Both the position numbers and the translations under genes were made by a program. Source: Salpingoeca rosetta (Eukaryota > Protista > Choanoflagellata). Taken from it: a stretch of 64,000 nt of DNA. Positions 11,715 through 23,037 of the stretch are shown piece by piece. The stretch is taken from the NCBI GenBank assembly GCA_033442325.1, contig JAWQFM010000006.1, positions 501,628 to 565,627 on the forward strand, written 5' to 3'. The notes under the pieces were generated by a model. That model was not told where the DNA came from, made no database searches, and worked only from the letters and a program-made list of their open reading frames with translations. How positions within the stretch are numbered: position 1 is the stretch's first letter; each line of letters opens with the position of its first letter.

Positions 11715-12548
11715 TGTGTATGCAAGGGTGCTTCGCGATTGTTTGTATTTTCGCGCACTTGAATTGAGTGTTCTCTCTCTGATGGGTCATTTCTCCTTAT
11801 CAACGTGTGTCCTCACCAACGTGTGTCCTCACCTTTTGCGTCACTCCAAACTCAACGTTGCAGTTGAGAAAGTTTGTGGACCCTGTGACGGGTCTGGAGC
11901 TCCCGTACACGCCACACGGGCGGTTCGTACATGTGCCGCCACCATGCCCCACAACGTCGTGGGCGACAGACTTTGGCATTCCATGGTGGAAGGACACGAG
12001 CAGGCGCATTGGACGCCTTTCAAAGCGGACACGCCTTATCAAAGTCACCAACATGCTCTCGTCACAAAGTCAGACCATCGAGGTGCGCAGCTTGTTCATG
12101 TGCATGTGCGACTTGCGTGTGACTTGTGCGTTGTGTATTTGTGAGTGTATTGCTTGTGCACATGTATTGGTGAGTGTGCTTGTGTGCATGTGTGCCCGCG
12201 TGTGCGTGTGTGTCGTGGACGTTTTGTACCCTCTTTTTGTACCCTCCAGTGCTCTGTCGAGACATTTGTTGCAGCACATGGCACGCTCACTGCCATTGCC
12301 ATCATCGCGTTGCGCAGGTGTGCAACGAGGAGACGCTGCAGCAGATTGAATCACGGTACCTGGAGTACAACTCGCACTCGCAGAGCTACACGTGGAAGCA
12401 CCTTGGCAACGTGCTGGACATGGGAAAGACGCTTGGGGAGAACGGCATTGAGGAGTTGAGTGAGGAATTCTACAAGCTGTCCATTGACCAATACGAGTTT
12501 GTACCGGAGATTCAGGTCTACTTCAATGACGACCTCACTGCACCCTAA
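11244..12548 (+). CDS. CYB5D1: Cytochrome b5 domain-containing protein 1 (ciliary radial-spoke protein)
   Basis: Exons 11244-11456, 11864-12082 and 12318-12548 splice in phase to give [96 protein letters not shown]. Confidence 0.95.
11586..11712. repeat. (AAG)n then (GA)n microsatellites in CYB5D1 intron 1
   Basis: Visible directly in the sequence. Confidence 0.9.
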
Positions 12549-13315
12549 TGCACAGGGATAATGTTGTACAATGTGCTTGCGTGTTTGTTTGTTAGTTTGT
12601 GTTTGTTTGTTTGTTTGTTTGTTTGTGTGTGTGCTTGTGTGTGTGCTTGTGTGTGTGTGTGTGTGTTCGCACGCTTTCGGTGCGTGCTTGCACTCCTCTT
12701 CAAGCGTGTGTATTGCGCTGCAACTCAATTCAAAGGCGTTTCAGTTCTTGTGTGTCGTCTGTCGTGCGTATCATCATCACTACACCCCCGCCCGCCGTCC
12801 GGTCAATTACAGTGCGCTTCAACTTGAATGCTTCAACTTGAATGTTTACACATTTTACACTTTGACTCTTTCCTCTCGTGCTGACAACGATGGTGATGAT
12901 GATGATGATGATGGTGGTGACAATGATGATGATGAGCAATGTGATGGAGGGGAAGGGAGGAAGCTAATACAGCTTGCATCAGCACAATAAACCCCAACAG
13001 AGGCGCCCAACGAATATCAAACGGAATCACAACAGAGAGAGGAAAGCGAGACAGGGCGAGGAGGAGGACAAGCAGGGCAACAACACGTATGGTTGAGCAT
13101 CAGGTCAGGGAAGAATGTAACAAGTGCGAAAGAAGACGCAAAGACGGAATACCGTGCATTGTGGGCTTTTGTTTCGTGTGCCGTGTTTTTGTGTCGTGGT
13201 TGTGTTGTGTTGGCGTGAGTGTGTGTTGTGTTGTGTTGTGTTGTGGTGTGTGTGTGTTAAGAGCGAGACAATGCGTGTGTGTGTATTGGTGAGTGAGTGT
13301 TGAAGGCGCCTAGAG

Positions 13316-13667
13316 CTACGCCCTGATCTGCGAGAGCTGCAGCTGGCGATACGCGCGTGCAACTGCATCCATCTCTGTCTTGATGCGCGCCAACTCAACA
13401 ACAGCATCAACGCCTGCAGAGGTTTGCGACCGTGTGTGTAAGTGAGGGGAAGAGCGTGTGCCACGTGGGGGGGGGGGAGGGATTGGAAAGCGGCGACAGT
13501 TCAACAAGCTAGTGCGTGCACAGCCATCACACAAACGTGGATTGCACCAACACAACACACAGACACACAACATACACACATGCACACACGCACGAATAAA
13601 CAACAAACACACACACGTGCGCGCGCGCGCACACACACACACACATACAAGCACGCACGCACACAAC

Positions 13668-13717
<50 letters not shown>

Positions 13718-14744
13718 CATACACACACAACATACACACACACAAAAACACACGCACACACACATGCTCAGACGCGTTCTGGAGCGCACTTTGCTTGAAG
13801 TGGCGCTGGGAGGAGCGAAGTGCCGGTGGCGGGAGACCAGCGAACCATCGAAGCGGATCTGCTTTCCTCCGTTGAGCAATCTCAGCCTTGATGGCATCGT
13901 GGTGGTCGCTGTTGACGCCACGCTGGCTGCTCGCTGGCTGCTTGGCGCCCTTGTCACCATCCTCGCCTTCCTCATCGCTGTCTCTCTCCTTGACCACTTT
14001 CTCGCGCTTCTTCCGCTCCACCTCACTGTCGCCTCTCTGCTTCACCTCCGCCTTCTTCCCTGGCTGACTCTTGCTGCTCTTCACACTGCCGCCGTCGCTG
14101 GGAGCTGGGTTCTTGCTTCCGCCCTTACGCCTCTGCCTCAGCGTTGACGCAGGTGCATCGTCTGCTGCTGTGTTTCGCGAGGCGCCAACCGCCCCGTCAC
14201 TTGCGGTGCTGCCAGAGGAGCTAGTGCCCAGGGAGAGCTCATCAAAGGCTTGGATCATGTCTTCCTCGTCTCTGCAGTGAGCGCGGTGAACGTGGTGATG
14301 ATGGTGGTTGTGGGAGTGGGTGGAGCGGGAGGAGGAGACGCGCACACCAACAGTCTGGCGGCACATAACATGCAACCGGGATTGTACGCCCACTCACAGG
14401 CGAACGGCCACGCACTACTCATTCCCCACAACACAAGTCGCAAGCACGCACATGCACGCACGCACACACACACACACGCACGCACACACACACGCACGCA
14501 CACACGCACGCACGCACGCATGAGCTTACGTCACGTGGGCGGTCGCTGTCTTGATTCTTGGGTACTGCAAGGGCGAGATGCGGTCATAGCCAAGAGACTT
14601 GCGAGTTTTTGACACCCAGAGAAACCCCTGTGTATAGGAGACGGGGTGAGTTACGGAAAACGGGCGGGGGGGGGGGGCACACAGGCCTACAGTAGTGCCG
14701 ATCAGAGTGCATGCAACCAATGGTTGCGCTTGTACAGAAAAATG

Positions 14745-14819
<75 letters not shown>

Positions 14820-15057
14820 NNNNNNNNNNNNNNNNNNNNNNNNNNNNNNNNNNNNNNNNNNNNNNNNNNNNNNNNNNNNNNNNNNNNNNNNNNNNNNNNN
14901 NNNNNNNNNNNNNNNNNNNCGAGCGCACACACCCACCGGGTGGCCGTTCCAGAAAAACAGTTTTAGCACACAGCGCGCACAACACCCACACTCGCAGCCA
15001 GACAGTCACCACCCACACATGCACACTTCACCCTTCACCTACACCATCACACAGACG

Positions 15058-15133
<76 letters not shown>

Positions 15134-15151
15134 CACACACACACACACACG

Positions 15152-15183
<32 letters not shown>

Positions 15184-15313
15184 CACACACATCTTTCATG
15201 GAGAGTTGGAGGTCGTTCATGGTGGCTGTGTATTGGGTGTACAAGTCCATGTAGAGATCAAGCAGCTCGTCAAGCTGCTGCTCCACGCGATCGTCGTCAT
15301 CGTTGGCGCTCAT
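13316..15313 (-). CDS. CCDC115: CCDC115/VMA22 V-ATPase assembly factor, 4 exons
   Basis: MSANDDDDRVEQQLDELLDLYMDL..SMKD | GFLWVSKTRKSLGYDRISPLQYP | ..TLRQRRKG..DPLRWFAGLPPPALRSSQRHFKQ | VDAVVELARIK... The G-F/W-L-x-x-x-K-x-R..PLQY and DPLxWF..PxxLR..Q..F blocks are typical of Vma22/CCDC115. Confidence 0.85.
14820..14919. other. Assembly gap (100 N) next to a (CA)n run in CCDC115 intron 1
   Basis: N-run. Confidence 0.95.
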
Positions 15314-15579
15314 CTTCGATGCGCATGTGCTTGTCGTGCTCGTTGCCGTGTCGATCAGCCCTCCTCTTCCCTGTCGTGCCAACGGATGTATGCACGCATG
15401 AGATGAGATAAGATGTGAACCCGCAAGCAGGGGCACTGCAGGCGAGCAACCAAGCAGCAAGGTGGCCAACGACCCATGCCACAAGACAAGACTCATCTGC
15501 AGTCTCATCCCTCACAGCGCGTCCGACTCACAGCCAAAGTCGCCAAGAAATGCAATGCAAAAAAAAAAGCGGACGCAGG

Positions 15580-15668
<89 letters not shown>

Positions 15669-15911
15669 GTGCTCCTTCTCTTCTCGCTTCTCTCGCTTCT
15701 CCCTGTGCGTGATTGCTTCTCTCGATCCCCCTCCTTGCGTGTATGGTGACATCACACTGTGCTCGAGTGCATTGCGATGGAGTGTAATGAAGAAGAAGTC
15801 AAAGGCAGGGCTGGTTTGGGAACCGCACACGCGCTTACACGACAACAAGCGGGCGGGGCAGTCCATATTCACTTACAGTTCGGGTGTCAGAATATCACAA
15901 TACACATACGG

Positions 15912-16013
<102 letters not shown>

Positions 16014-16231
16014 CACATGAGGAGTGGCAATGAAACAAGTCAATCGTAGCAGGTTGATTTGGGTGGCTTGGTTGGTTGGTAGGCAATGTTAAGAACCGGG
16101 TGGTGTGGCATGATATGGCGTTGCGTGCGTGGCTCGTGCTGTTGGCACTGCACAGACCCCACATCAGCGGTAAACAGCTGCATCAGCAGCAATGACGCCG
16201 CTTGTTGTGCGCGCGCATATTCTGTGTTGGA

Positions 16232-16844
16232 CTACACATATGCGACGCGTGTGACGCGCACGATGACGGGCTGCTGGTCCGATGCCGTGGACGACGGCGG
16301 GTTCATCGACTGCCGCAGTGGCGACGACGACGCATGCCTGGCCGTGAGTGAATGTGTGTGTGTGTGTGAGTGTGAATGTGAGCGTGCGTACGCGTGTGTA
16401 CGTGTGTTAATATGCGTGTACGTGTGTGAATATGCGTGTGTGTATGTGAATGTGTGCGCTTGATTGGGTTCAAACGAACATCACTATCGGGCATGCAAGC
16501 CCAACTGAATCAACACCGCCCTCATGCAAGCACGTAACCACGCAAGCAAGCACACAGCCAGGCAGGCACATCAGCACGCACTTGATTGGTTTGACGCTGG
16601 GGACATAGTGAAAGTCGCGTGATGCCTTTGGAGACCGCGAATCCCTGTGATGACAATAGGATTGCAGATGTGAGCACAGAATCCCAAATGGCACCAGTGC
16701 AGTACACGCGCGTGAGGCAGAAGAAGGTGAAGAAGCAACACACACGCATGTACATGAGCTGATCGACTACAGACACATGCACGCACACATGCATGTTTGT
16801 ACACATGAATACTCACAGACACACAGCAAACAGACACACAGCAG

Positions 16845-16896
<52 letters not shown>

Positions 16897-17274
16897 AGAC
16901 AGATGAATCTCAACCAACCCTCTGCTCTGGGTGGAGGCCTTGCGCATCTTTGCTTGGTTCTGCGTGACAACGCCGTTCTTTGGTGACAGCATCCCGCTGC
17001 CGCTGCTGCTGCTGGCACGTGCTGTCTTTGCTGCTGTTGCTGCATCTGCACCTGCTTTTGATGTCTTGCGGAAGAGCGAGCTGTAGTCAAACGACTTCTG
17101 GCAGCCCTTGAAGTCCTTGCTCGTGATGCCGCAGCACGACCACTTGCTGCCGTCAAAGAAGCCTGCGACAAACGCAAGCGACCAGTGATTCAGTGATTCG
17201 GTGAGGCGTGATAAGTGAGCAGTGAGGCGAATGCGACGCAATGCACAAAGGCAGCAGAAAAAGGATCCACACAT

Positions 17275-17322
<48 letters not shown>

Positions 17323-17919
17323 GCACACTCGTGCCAGACCTGGATGGTATTTGGCGTGGAGAATGCGGTTTGTTGCACACTGTTTTCTCAGGGCAAGTAG
17401 CCACTCATCGCAGTCCTCACGCGATGGGCACTGCACATAGAGCACAGACGTGTGCACAATCTAGCATGTTGGTGTTGTTTGTTTTGGTGGAGGAGATGTG
17501 AGGACGGAGATGTGAGGAGGTGAGCAGGCCATTCATTTCAAGAACATCCGCATCCACAACGCATGCATGCGTGCATGTACAGGGTTCGCTCGTCAAGGTC
17601 ATTCAGACACACACACATCTACAACTACACGCACCTGGATCATGTGCGGCTTGCCAAAGGCTTCGAGGGATACGCGCTCCAGCGTGTAGACGTTGCTGAG
17701 TGGGATGACGCCTTTGCACTCTGACGCGGGGTTGTTTCGCCCGCCTTCAAGCGTCCAATACGACAGCTCGCCAGGGTGCAGCACAAACCAGCGCTTCTTC
17801 CAGTTTGTGCGCCCAAAGGTGCTGCGCCCTTGCGCGCGCTTGTACATCATGCCAGACATGATGGGCACGTCACTGCGCGCGGGCAGATAGTCATTGTGGT
17901 CGTCCTCGTGGTCCCTCAT
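16232..17919 (-). CDS. Stand-alone PH domain + Btk-type zinc motif protein (GAP1/RASA3- and Tec-like module) with no catalytic domain
   Basis: Exons: MRDH..SGMMYKRAQGRSTFGRTNWKKRWFVL..GKPHMIQ | ..VLYVQCPSREDCDEWLLALRKQC..KYHP | GFFDGSKWSCCGITSKDFKGC.. | GDSRSPK..KPI | KHASSS..VTRVAYV* (TAG at 16234-16232). HP..W.CC..GC is the Btk zinc motif. Confidence 0.82.
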
Positions 17920-18538
17920 CTTCAGCAGCTGATTGACACAAACGAGCAACAGGTGCTGTTGGCTGGTGCCTGTGGCTTAGCTTCTTCTTGTCTTGGTGTG
18001 CGAGAGAGCCGGCTGAACTCACGGCCAAGAAGAAACACCGCAAGACTCGTTCGCTCCCAAAGATATACGTCGCTCAAGATGCTTGGGTTGTCTTGGCTGG
18101 CTGGCTGGCTGGCTGCTGTGCTTTGTATTGCTTGTGGTGAAGTTTGGCTGGTTGGATCGATCAGTCAGTCTGCGTGTGCGTGTGTGTGTGTGTATGTGTG
18201 CGTGTGTGTGTGTGTGTGGATGAATGATGTGACGACAGCCGAATCAATCAATCAATGACTGTGGCTTGCTGTGCGACGATGAAGAAAACAAACCCACCAG
18301 CACCACTGTTGAGACAAAAGTGAATGTGCTCTCCTGAACAAACACGACATGATGGTGGCGCGCCAGCCAGCCATCAGCCAGCGAGCCATCTTGTCTCATA
18401 CCGTGCATGCCTGTTGGTGATGCCTGATGTTGTTGCCCTCATCGAGTCTCATGCTTGTCATCGCTTCGCTCCTTCGCTTCGCTCCTTCGCTCCTTTGCAG
18501 TTGGTCAGTGCTACATTTTGTGGTGTTGAACTGCGGTA

Positions 18539-18582
18539 GCTGTCAAATTTGACAGCAGATGCAATTCCGCGCCATTTTTGAA
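18539..18582 (+). promoter_or_regulatory. 18-bp perfect palindrome plus a CDE-N4-CHR-like element upstream of CDC20
   Basis: gctgtcaaatttgacagc (18539-18556) is self-complementary. CGCGC-catt-TTTGAA lies at 18568-18582. Confidence 0.5.
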
Positions 18583-19063
18583 TTGTGTTGGTTGTGCAGC
18601 TGTTGTGGCAACAGGTCAGCCCTGCAGCCAACACAAACCGCGCGCCCCCAACGCAAGCACACACACAAGCACACGCAAGCACACACAAGCACACTGCACA
18701 CACACACACACAAGCAAAGCACACTGCCCACACCATCACGCGTAGCACCAGGTGCACGGTTCACTTTCCGAGAACCCTTCGTCTCGTTCATATCTCAAAG
18801 CAACCCAAAAAGCAAGCAACCTCAAGCAACCAATACCCAAGCCATACCAAGCTAGCTACTACCATCAACCTTCTTTCTTTTTCCCCTTTCTTCCTCCTAC
18901 CATCAACTCACGCCCCTTGTTGCAGTTCACCTCGAGGTGAAAGCGACACTCTCTCCTTCCATACCAACAACTCCAACACTCCAACACTCCAACTCCCTCT
19001 TCTTTTCATCCCCCCCCCCCTTCTCTCTTTCTCACACACACACATTCAAGCACAACCAGCAAG

Positions 19064-21147
19064 ATGTCCAACGTCTTCGACAATGTCGACATCCAGTTTG
19101 CCAGCAGCATTTCCTGCAAGACCATGCCCAGGTGGCAGAGGAAGGCCATGCAGGCCCAGAACTCCTCCACCTCCCGCATGACGCCCCGCAAGGACCGCGT
19201 TCGCGTAAGTCTTCATGCACGCTCTTTGTGCATGTGTTTGTGTTTGTGTACGTGTGCGTGTGTGCACGCGTAAGTCGTCGTGCGTGCGTGTGTATGTGTG
19301 TGTGCATGTGTTTGTGTTTGTGTACGTGTGCGTGTGTGCACGCGTAAGTCGTCGTGCGTGCGTGTGTATGCTCTGGACACTGCTGCATGGCATGCAACGC
19401 ACACACGCCAACCCCGCCCCCTCCCCAACCTCATGTCGAAACGACACTGCCCACACTGCCCCCTTTCCGTTGCTCACCGTCGTGGTTTTCTTTCTGTCAT
19501 CTTTCATGTTTCACCACGTACGTAGGGCGACCGCTTCATCCCTGATCGGTCTGCCATGAACATGGAGGCGTCTCACTACAAGATGCTCTCTGGCGCAGAC
19601 GACGAGAACACACAGCAGGACGCCGCCGGCATGCCCGGCAGCAGCAAGATCCTCGCGTTCAAGCAGAAGGCGCCCAAGCCCAAGGAGGGCTTCCAGAGCG
19701 ACCTTCGCGTCATGTACACCCAGAGCCGCGCCGCCGCCAAGCCAAAGAAGACGGCGCGCTTCATCCCACAGGCCCCCGAGCGCATCTTGGACGCCCCCGA
19801 CCTCCTTGCAAACTTCTACGTCAACCCGCTTGACTGGAGCAACGAGAACATGCTCTGCGTTGCCCTCAACGACGTGAGTAGTGTGTTTGTTCTGTGTGTG
19901 TGTGTGTGTTTGTTCTGTGTGTGTGTGTGTGTGTTCGCTTGCGCGGTCTCACTGCTTGCCCGTTCAATTTGCTTTGCACTCACACCACGTACCACCTCCA
20001 TCTACCCCCCCTCCATCTACCCCCCCCCGCTCGTCCACGTTGGCTGCGTGCAGACTGCGTATCTGTGGAACGCCAGCAACGGCTCCATCACAGAGTTGTG
20101 CCACCTCGAGAACGCTGGCGACTACATTGCCTCGGTCTCCTGGGCACAGGACGGCGCACACCTTGCCGTCGGCACCAACAGCGGTGTTGTCCAGATCTGG
20201 GATGTCACAAAGCAGAAGCAGGTGCGTCCGCTGCCATCTTGTCAACCGTAATCTGTGTTTGTGTATGTGTGTGTGCGTGTGTGCGTGTGCGTGTGTGTGT
20301 GTGTGTGCGTGCGTGTGTGTGTGTGTGTGTGCATTGAGGCTGTCGCTGCTACATGTGCTTCCCATACTCGTTGTTTCGGCGAACTCACGTTTCACACCAC
20401 CACCACCACCACCACCACCACCACCGCCGTCATCATCATCATCATCAGGTGCGTGACATGAGTGGGCACGGCGCGCGCGTCGGTGCACTCGACTGGAACA
20501 ACCACATCCTCAGCAGCGGCTCCCAGCGCGGCATCATCCTCAACAGCGACGTGCGCGTGCGCGATCACGTGATGCAGGCGCTGGAGAACCACGCCGGGGA
20601 GGTGTGTGGCCTCAAGTGGTCGCCCAACGGCCGCATGCTTGCGTCTGGCGGCAACGACAACCTCGTCAACATCTGGTCCGACGCGGGCGAGGTGCGACAC
20701 ACGCTCACGCACCACCAGGCCGGCGTCAAGGCGCTCGCGTGGTGCCCCTGGACACACAACCTGCTGGCCACGGGCGGCGGTACCGCGGACGGCACGATTC
20801 GCTTCTGGAACTCCACAACAGGCAACTGCACAGGCACCATTGACACCAAGTCGCAGATCACGTCGCTGCTGTGGAGCAAGGAGTACCAGGAGATTATTGC
20901 CGGCCACGGCCACAACCACAACGGCCTCAGCATCTGGAAGTACCCATCACTGGACCAGGTGGCCGAGCTCAAGGGCCACACCGACCGCGTCGTTGCGATG
21001 GCGATGAGCCCCGATGGCGAGATGGTTGTGTCGGCCTCTGGTGACGAGTCGCTTCGCTTCTGGAAGTGCTTCCAGAGCGATCCCAAGCGCAAGGCCCGCA
21101 AGATGTCGGCCAACCCAAACTCGCGCCTCTCCTCCACCATCAGGTGA
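19064..21147 (+). CDS. CDC20: APC/C co-activator CDC20/Fizzy (WD40)
   Basis: Exons 19064-19204, 19526-19873, 20054-20221 and 20449-21147. MPRWQRK, C-box [13 protein letters not shown] motif, [49 protein letters not shown]-terminal IR tail (..STIR*). Confidence 0.96.
19202..19370. repeat. Imperfect 65-74-bp tandem repeat in CDC20 intron 1 with three CGC|GTAAGTC donor copies
   Basis: cgcgtaagtc at 19202, 19267 and 19341, separated by near-identical tgtgcatgtgtttgtgtttgtgtacgtgtgcgtgtgtgca blocks. Confidence 0.85.
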
Positions 21148-21992
21148 TGTGGTGCGGTGGACCGTCCATCCAGCGACCTATCGTCCAGACAACACAAAGT
21201 TGACCTCCTTCAATCCAGTCCATCCAACCGAGCATAGCCAGCTAGCATCATGGCACCCACCCCACACAGCGACCAACAACGATGTATGCCGACCACAGCA
21301 ACCGCCTCCAAGATGCTGACAGTGACACGCACGCACGCCCTCGTCGTCGTCTCTTCTCCTGCTCAGCGGCGTTGTTCATCGCATCCTTTGTTCGTTTCGG
21401 TAACGTAGTGTCGTTCCTCGCTAGGTTTGATGAGCTCAGCCATTCCTCCCCTAACCCAAACCCATCATTAACCCAACCCAACCCACCCTGTGTTCCCTGT
21501 GAATGCACACACGCATTGCTTGCAACCCTCGTCTTTTGCGGCGTTATGCTGCTTGCATGCGTTCATGTGGTTATGCTGCGGTGCCTCGCACCCTGCATCG
21601 ACCGCCTTCTTTTCACCCCAATCGTGCAAACGATATCATGACCATCATCATGATCATCACCGCCACCATCATCATCGACATCATTGCATTCTGCCCAGCG
21701 CTCGTTGTCACCACGCCGGCCACCACACCCGCCGACCCGCTGACCGCAAGCATCATCACCACCAAGCGCCAGCACCGGTTGCTACTGTGTACGCAGTGCC
21801 TGGCTGCTGGTGCTTGTGGGGCGGTGGGAAGGGGCGGTGGCCGTGAGGAAACGACACGAGGAGCGGCGCTGCTCACACCAGAGCAGGCCGGTGCTGTGTG
21901 CACGCGTTGCATGAGAGTTTGCATGGTTCTGCATGATTGCATGCTTCACAGCCACAAGCTACAACGGCGGCTCGCCCAGCGACCGTTGCTCA

Positions 21993-22220
21993 CCAATCAA
22001 CCAACCAATCAACCAACCAATCAATCAACCAACCAATCAACCAACCAACCAATCAACCAACCAACCAACCAACCAACCCCTTCTTAACCCCAAACCCCAA
22101 ACCCTCAAACCCAATCCAAAAGCTAACCAACTACATAACCCTTAGCACAACACATACATACTCACCAACCCCCAAACCTAACCTACTAACAACCCCAAAC
22201 CAAACCAATCCAATTCCCCC
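21993..22220. repeat. (AACC/AATC)n simple repeat grading into C/A-rich low-complexity sequence
   Basis: Visible directly in the sequence. Confidence 0.8.
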
Positions 22221-22593
22221 CGATCATCCATCACAAGCCGCTCGCTCTGCGCTTGCATTGCATTGCATTGCACCACCTTGCGTCATCATGCTTCGCGCTG
22301 CGCGTACGTTTGCTGCATTGCACCTGCCCTGCACAGCTGCACATGTGTGTACACGCACAACAGCCAGAGCGCCTGCACCCGTCCGTCCGTCCGTCCGTCC
22401 GTCCGCTTCGTCATATTGTTTCGGTTCGTCCATCGGCCTTTGCACCGCCGCAGCGTAACATGTCACAACAACAACGACGACGACGACGACGACACCACCT
22501 GTGTCCATCCAGCCCATACGCACTTCGGAGCGGTGGGTGGATGTTATTTCTCCGGCTTCCTACCAACACCCCAACTGGTGAGATTGATGCGCA

Positions 22594-22676
<83 letters not shown>

Positions 22677-23037
22677 GTTTCAATGTGTTGTGCATATGTG
22701 TATTTGCTGAACTGTGCGGTTGTTTGGTTTGTGCGCCTTCAACTCACTCTTGCTTTTTCTTCTTCTCTTTTGTTTTGTTTTTTCCTGTGCCGCTTTGTTT
22801 GGGTGTTGTTCAATGATGTCGCAGCTGCTCTCACATATCACGACAATGTGAGGGCAAGTAAACACACCCCTACCCACAACTTGAGAAGAAGGGAAAGCAA
22901 TGAATGAACAAAGTGAATGAGAAGAAAGGACACGCACACATGCGCGCGCACACACACAACACACACAACACACATACACACATACAACATACAACACACA
23001 CACACACACACACACACAAGACATCCATCATCATCAA

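Noticed and set aside
21447-22220. Telomere-like CCCTAA/AAACCC words
   Set aside because: No regular tandem telomeric array; degenerate C/A-rich low complexity in an internal position.
21490-22460. ORFs between CDC20 and the mucin-like gene (His-rich or Ile/Thr-rich)
   Set aside because: Derived from (CAT)/(CAC) triplet-rich sequence; no consistent exon structure or domain. An unannotated transcript cannot be excluded.
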